Shown here piece by piece: positions 32,556 through 37,539 of a stretch of 37,539 bases of DNA. Within the stretch, counting starts at the first letter, position 1. The number at the start of each line of letters is the position of its first letter. The stretch is from Octopus bimaculoides (Eukaryota), in assembly GCF_001194135.2 (NCBI RefSeq), contig NC_068993.1, forward strand, positions 35,955,079 through 35,992,617. Reading direction: 5' to 3'. The translations under genes were made by a program, and so were the position numbers. The notes beneath the pieces were generated by a model, which worked only from the letters and a program-made list of their open reading frames with translations, was not told the origin of the DNA and did not search any database.

Positions 32556-32972
32556 NNNNNNNNNNNNNNNNNNNNNNNNNNNNNNNNNNNNNNNNNNNNN
32601 NNNNNNNNNNNNNNNNNNNNNNNNNNNNNNNNNNNNNNNNNNNNNNNNNNNNNNNNNNNNNNNNNNNNNNNNNNNNNNNNNNNNNNNNNNNNNNNNNNNN
32701 NNNNNNNNNNNNNNNNNNNNNNNNNNNNNNNNNNNNNNNNNNNNNNNNNNNNNNNNNNNNNNNNNNNNNNNNNNNNNNNNNNNNNNNNNNNNNNNNNNNN
32801 NNNNNNNNNNNNNNNNNNNNNNNNNNNNNNNNNNNNNNNNNNNNNNNNNNNNNNNNNNNNNNNNNNNNNNNNNNNNNNNNNNNNNNNNNNNNNNNNNNNN
32901 NNNNNNNNNNNNNNNNNNNNNNNNNNNNNNNNNNNNNNNNNNNNNNNNNNNNNNNNNNNNNNNNNNNNNNNN
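32556..32972. other. Assembly gap (N)
   Basis: Run of N, flanked by (GA)n and (TA)n. Confidence 1.
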
Positions 32973-33099
32973 ATATATATACGCTCAAACGGATATACAT
33001 TTGCACATATACATATACACAACCATTTTTTATATATGTGTGTATAGATAAGTAGATACATACATTTACACATACATACATGTACGTATGTTTATATAC

Positions 33100-33127
33100 A
33101 TATATGTGTGTGTGTGTGTGTGTGTGT

Positions 33128-33167
<40 letters not shown>

Positions 33168-33170
33168 ATA
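33100..33170. repeat. (TG)n microsatellite
   Basis: TG run. Confidence 0.96.
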
Positions 33171-33544
33171 CATACAGAAAGAAATGTAGAGAGAATGAGA
33201 GTGAAAGAAACGTTTATAAATAATCTCTGTTCTCAGACGTTTTCCAGATTCATGACGTCCAAATCGTATCGTTTCGATACGTTTAAAAAAAAAAAAAACT
33301 ACCTCCATTTTAGATAAAATAACACAATGCTCCATATGTAACAAAAAACTGTTGTTGCGGTTGTTGTTGTTGGTGGTGGTGGTAGTGTTGTTGTTACTAT
33401 TCCTGTTACATTTGTAGTTACATTATTCTTCCTATCATTGTTAATGTAACTATTGCCGTTACTGTTGCTGTCACTATTGTTATTATTGTTGTTAATGTTG
33501 TTGTAAATGTTATTATGATCATTGCTTATCCTGTTGTTACTGAG

Positions 33545-33847
33545 AAGGTGTGCGGCCTATTGGTTAAGGTATTCGGCTCTCGGTGGTTAAGACGTGAGTT
33601 CGATTCCCGACGACGAGACACTTTATTTCACGTTGCCACAGTACACTCAGCTGGCAAAAATGCGTAGTACCAGTATTGCAAAGGGACCAGCCTTGTCTGT
33701 GTCACACTGATTCTAACTGAAAACTGCGTTAGGAGTTACTCGTGGCTGTGGAGCACTCAACCACATGAACATAATTTTCTCGAGCAAGCTGTTCCGTTGA
33801 TCGGATCATCTGGAACCCTCGTCGTCGTAGCCAACGAAGTGCCAGTT
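33545..33847 (+). mobile_element. tRNA-derived CORE-like SINE, family D
   Basis: A-box-like TGGTTAAGG, B-box GAGTTCGATTCC, then ACACTTTATTTCACGTTG...CACTCAGCTGGCAAAAATG and tail GAACCCTCGTCGTCGTA...AAGTGCCAGTT. Confidence 0.85.
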
Positions 33848-34308
33848 ATTTTTTATTATATTTGCTATTGTTGTTGTTACTGTTGTTGCTACTGTTGGTG
33901 TTGTTGTTGTTGTCGTCGTCGTCGTTGTCCTTCTTCTTCTTCTTATCGTTGCTGTTATTTTTGTTGCTGTTGTGGTTACTGTTGTTGTTGTCCACTGACA
34001 TTTCGTAGTTTCCCGCAACACTTCCAGAGACGCTCTTTTAATATCGTCCTTTTCTAACCGACTGATTCTGATGAACTGCCATTGAACAGACGCAAACAAA
34101 AGCGTTCTCTTTGTGGTTCTTAAGACTCAGTCTATCAAAAAATAAAATAGTCAGCATAGGCACATCTTTTAAAGGTAGTAGATCGTGATTTGAAGGAAAT
34201 TTCCCTCCAACCAACCGGAAAAAAACCCAGCGTGGGTCTAGTATATAAACCGGTACCACAAGATTTTAGGGACTCAATAAGTAACGACTCTCTTTAACGT
34301 TATAAACT

Positions 34309-34508
34309 AACTGGCACTTTGTTTGTTACGACGACGAGGGTTCTAGTTGATCCGATCAACGGAACAAACGACTCATTTTTGCCAGCTGAGTGGATTGGAG
34401 CAACGTGAAACGAAGTTTCTTACTCAAGGACACAACGTACCGCCGCGAATCGAACTCACGACCTTGCGATCGTAAGCCGAATACCCTATCCGCTAAGTCA
34501 TGCGCCTT
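34309..34508 (-). mobile_element. SINE family D with an internal deletion
   Basis: Reverse complement: GGTATTCGGCT, GAGTTCGATTC, TTGTGTCCTTGAGTAAG (CORE-like), CACTCAGCTGGCAAAAATG, then directly the 3' tail. Confidence 0.88.
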
Positions 34509-34692
34509 CAAAGTTATAAACTTACAAATATGCGAACGGTCTTCCAAAAGTGTGGTTCCCCCCAACATATTTGATGACATGCCAGGAAAAATAGCAATGA
34601 CCACGTATCGTCGACAAAGAAATTATAGATAAATAAATCTACAAACTTCCAGGACAACCCTTGCATACAAACTGAGTCACTAATGCACAGTG

Positions 34693-34694
<2 letters not shown>

Positions 34695-34751
<57 letters not shown>

Positions 34752-34776
34752 TATTATTATTATTATTATTGTTATT
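34695..34776. repeat. (ATT)n microsatellite
   Basis: Near-pure ATT run. Confidence 0.97.
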
Positions 34777-35360
34777 GAGTGAGAGAGTAGTGCATGCCAT
34801 CAAAGTGACACTGGGGTAAAATATACGAAGCCCATTATACCCATCATGACTACCAGTCTGATAAGAGTACACCAGGCACATTCATCACAACCATATGTGC
34901 GCGACATGGTGATATCATATCAAAATAAACAGCGCATGACCTCGCAGTTGGGGCCCAGTTAGAATTTTCTTCAGATCGAGTAGCCCATCCTGCTCAAAAG
35001 GTCNNNNNNNNNNTTTCTTCAGATCGAGTAGCCCATCCTGCTCAAAAGGTCCCTGAATAAGGTTTGTTTAAGGATGTTGAGCAAAACATCCATGTTTCCA
35101 AAGATGAATTATTCAAACCCCAGAGAATTCCTCTCAACACATGACTATGATGCTCCTCCACTACTTCTGCTCATGATCAGAGATGCACATATCGTCAGCC
35201 ACCAAGGGACATGTTCAACTGGTAAAGGTCAAACAAATGACAAGCAAATCTGTGGTATTGTGCAGAATATTGTCTTTTATACCAAGACAAAACAATGTAC
35301 ATGATAACACTTCCAATCAATTAAGATCAGAAGTCAGGAGAGTCACTGCCTGGTACTGCA
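34777..35360. mobile_element. ~540-bp non-coding element embedded in (TAA)n arrays (unclassified; candidate non-autonomous retroelement)
   Basis: Sharp boundaries with ATT arrays at both ends; complex, GC-richer sequence; no recognisable ORF, tRNA boxes or TIR; includes a 10-N gap with a 38-bp overlap. Confidence 0.65.
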
Positions 35361-35380
35361 TTATTATTATTATTATTATT

Positions 35381-35680
35381 GTTCAGTAGTTCTATTTTTA
35401 TAACGTGCTTTCACTTCACTACCGAGCGCAGCTCTGTGTGCCTTGGGTATGCGCTGTGGTTTGCTGTGATGCTCTTATGTTCACTGTATTGAAAGTGTTT
35501 TGCGTAGGATGTGTGCAGTGCCCAATAGTGCAATTTTCTGTACGTTATATATTTGTAAGTCCTGGTGTTTTTGTTATGTATTTATGTGAATATTTTTTTT
35601 ATTATACCTAAGGCACCTACTATGATAGGAATTGTTTCTGTTTTTAGATTCCACATTCGAGTTACCTCTATTTCCAGGTC

Positions 35681-35681
<1 letters not shown>
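35381..35681 (-). mobile_element. 5'-truncated Dong/R4-like RLE LINE (family 1) in a (TAA)n array
   Basis: DLEIEVTRMWNLKTETIPIIVGALG...ALLGTAHILRKTLSIQ* (TGA 35481-35483); close match to 12034-12332; ATT arrays at 35361-35380 and 35682-35738. Confidence 0.92.
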
Positions 35682-35739
<58 letters not shown>

Positions 35740-35744
35740 TTTCG

Positions 35745-35840
35745 CTTCTTTCGCTCAATGATCTGCGATCATGCTGGAGCAGCTTTTTGAACGATTTCAG
35801 TCATTGAAATCTACCCAGAACTTATTTTAAAACTGGAGCA
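35745..35840 (-). mobile_element. SINE family B 3' tail
   Basis: CTGCGATCATGCTGGAGCAGC...CCCAGAACTTATTTT resembles 24835-24905. Confidence 0.55.
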
Positions 35841-35927
35841 TGAGTTATCGGCGTTTTATTAATTAATCAATTAATTATTTTAGTAGATGAAATCCAAACA
35901 AAACGTAATTTCAATATTTTTTCAAAA

Positions 35928-36126
35928 GGCGGCGAGCTAGCAGAAACGTTAGCACGCCAGGCGAGATGTTGAAAGTATTTCGTCTGTCTTTACGTTCTGA
36001 GTTCAAATTCCGCTGAGATCGATTTTGCCTTTCACCCTTTCGGGGTCGATAAATTAAGTACCAGTTGCGTACTAGGGTCGATCTAATAATCTGGACCCCT
36101 CCTCTTGTGCCTAGAGTAGAAAGGAA
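35928..36126 (+). mobile_element. Full-length SINE family A (best-preserved copy)
   Basis: GGCGGCGAGCTAGCAGAAACGTTAGCACGCC...TACGTTCTGAGTTCAAATTCCGC...GGGGTCGATAAATTAAGTACCAG...CTTGTGCCTAGAGTAGAAAGG. Confidence 0.92.
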
Positions 36127-36303
36127 TGCTATTTCAAAAGAAGATTATCATAAGGAATAAAGTATATTTCAAAAACATTCTAGCCTTAGAGGAAGGTACA
36201 ACATCCATATTAGGATTTTTTTTCATCACTCTTAGTATGGAGGATAATATTCATGTGTTGAGATTAATAGGGTTAAGGCGGAGATTAAAATGTTTAAGGT
36301 CAA

Positions 36304-36386
36304 AAGGTTCAAGATGGAATCAATTCTAATAAGGTTCAAGATGGGATCAATTCTAATAAGGTTCAAGATGGAATCAATTCTAATAA
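36304..36386. repeat. 27-bp tandem repeat x3
   Basis: AAGGTTCAAGATGGAATCAATTCTAAT at 36304, 36331 (one A>G) and 36358. Confidence 0.97.
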
Positions 36387-36984
36387 AGAATGGTCTATTA
36401 AAATGCTTCGACTATAGTTCACGGCGTAGGTGGAGAACACATCGAAGGTAATGACAGGGGATTAAGAGTTGGGAAAGGAGCAAATGAGAAGAGCTGGTTA
36501 TAGAGGTGGTTATAGAAGTGGTTATAGAGTTGACTTGGCTACTGGAAAGTTTAATGAAAGAATTATATGCAATTAATGTATGCGCTTTTCACCTCTTTCC
36601 ATTCTTTGATAATGATTTCTGAACATAAGGAAACAAAATGAAACTTAGAAGCGATTATCTCCCCTTAAATAGCACACACTCTCACTTGCTCCTTATATAT
36701 AGCAGTTCCCAATAACTCAATCAATTGAATTGAGAAGTCGTCCGTTCAGACGTTGTGACAGACTGGGGCGTAGACAGATAATGTGCGTGAGTGACTGAGT
36801 GAGTGAGTGAGTGAGTGAGTGACGGAGGGTAGGAGGAGACGTCGGTTAAATCTCGGTTATATAATATGCATAAGGTGTGGGGAGTTTCGATGGGCGGTGG
36901 ATTCATATGATATCCGAAAATAAATCGAACAAACTCACATGGGAAGGAGCAGAAGAGGGGCATACAAAAGTATACATAAAAAGA

Positions 36985-37023
36985 TAGAAAGAAAGAAAGA
37001 AAGAAAGAAAGAATGAAAGAAAT

Positions 37024-37080
<57 letters not shown>

Positions 37081-37100
37081 CAGATATACACGTACATATA

Positions 37101-37152
<52 letters not shown>

Positions 37153-37212
37153 TGTGTAAGTATACATATGTGCACACACACACAATCATACATACATACA
37201 AACATACATACA

Positions 37213-37244
<32 letters not shown>

Positions 37245-37245
37245 G
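36985..37245. repeat. Compound (GAAA)n-(GATA)n-(TA)n-(CATA)n microsatellite
   Basis: Successive pure runs. Confidence 0.96.
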
Positions 37246-37507
37246 CTAAATAGACAGAGATATACATATGTATGAAAGTATGAATTGTGAATTTTTACTT
37301 GCTACTAAAAGCTAAATTACAAAGTTTACTTAATTTTATTGTGAGGATTAAGTAACAGATCAATAGTCATAAATTTGATTGCAATATATCTGTAGAATCA
37401 GGAGACATATTTTTGGATCAGTGGAAATCAATAATGGAATTGCAGACATAGAATATATATATGTCTGAGAAATAATGTCTGTATGTACATTTATATATGG
37501 GTGTGTG

Positions 37508-37539
<32 letters not shown>

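Noticed and set aside
34966-35051. 38-bp direct repeat flanking 10 Ns
   Set aside because: Identical sequence on both sides of a fixed-size gap indicates overlapping contig ends, not a biological duplication or TSD.
35345-35362. Minus-strand TGCAGTACCAGG resembling the U2 snRNA 3' region
   Set aside because: Only about 9 nt match and no other U2 features are present.

Overview
AT-rich, microsatellite-dense eukaryotic DNA from a gapped draft assembly (six N gaps). The SINE repertoire resembles that of Octopus (coleoid cephalopod); this is inference from recalled repeat sequences, not a search. There is no complete protein-coding gene, rRNA/tRNA gene or CRISPR array, and most ORF-track entries come from microsatellites or N gaps. 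The window is mostly decayed mobile elements: an internally deleted mariner (5907-7003), a pogo/Tigger transposase relic (~23240-24815), a hAT-type MITE, a Tx1-like LINE fragment (zinc knuckle plus APE endonuclease), five fragments of RLE-type (R4/Dong-like) LINEs, Penelope-like remnants and about 20 SINE copies from at least four families. The most interesting signals are: (i) three 5'-truncated Dong-like copies and a ~540 bp non-coding element, each bounded on both sides by (TAA)n arrays, suggesting a TAA-targeting LINE with a non-autonomous passenger; (ii) a second RLE family with a (TAC)n tail and a predicted 3'UTR pseudoknot; (iii) a (TTAGGG)n array next to the Tx1-like LINE; (iv) inverted SINE pairs and fold-backs that could form dsRNA. 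A few splice-signal-flanked exon candidates are given at low confidence.
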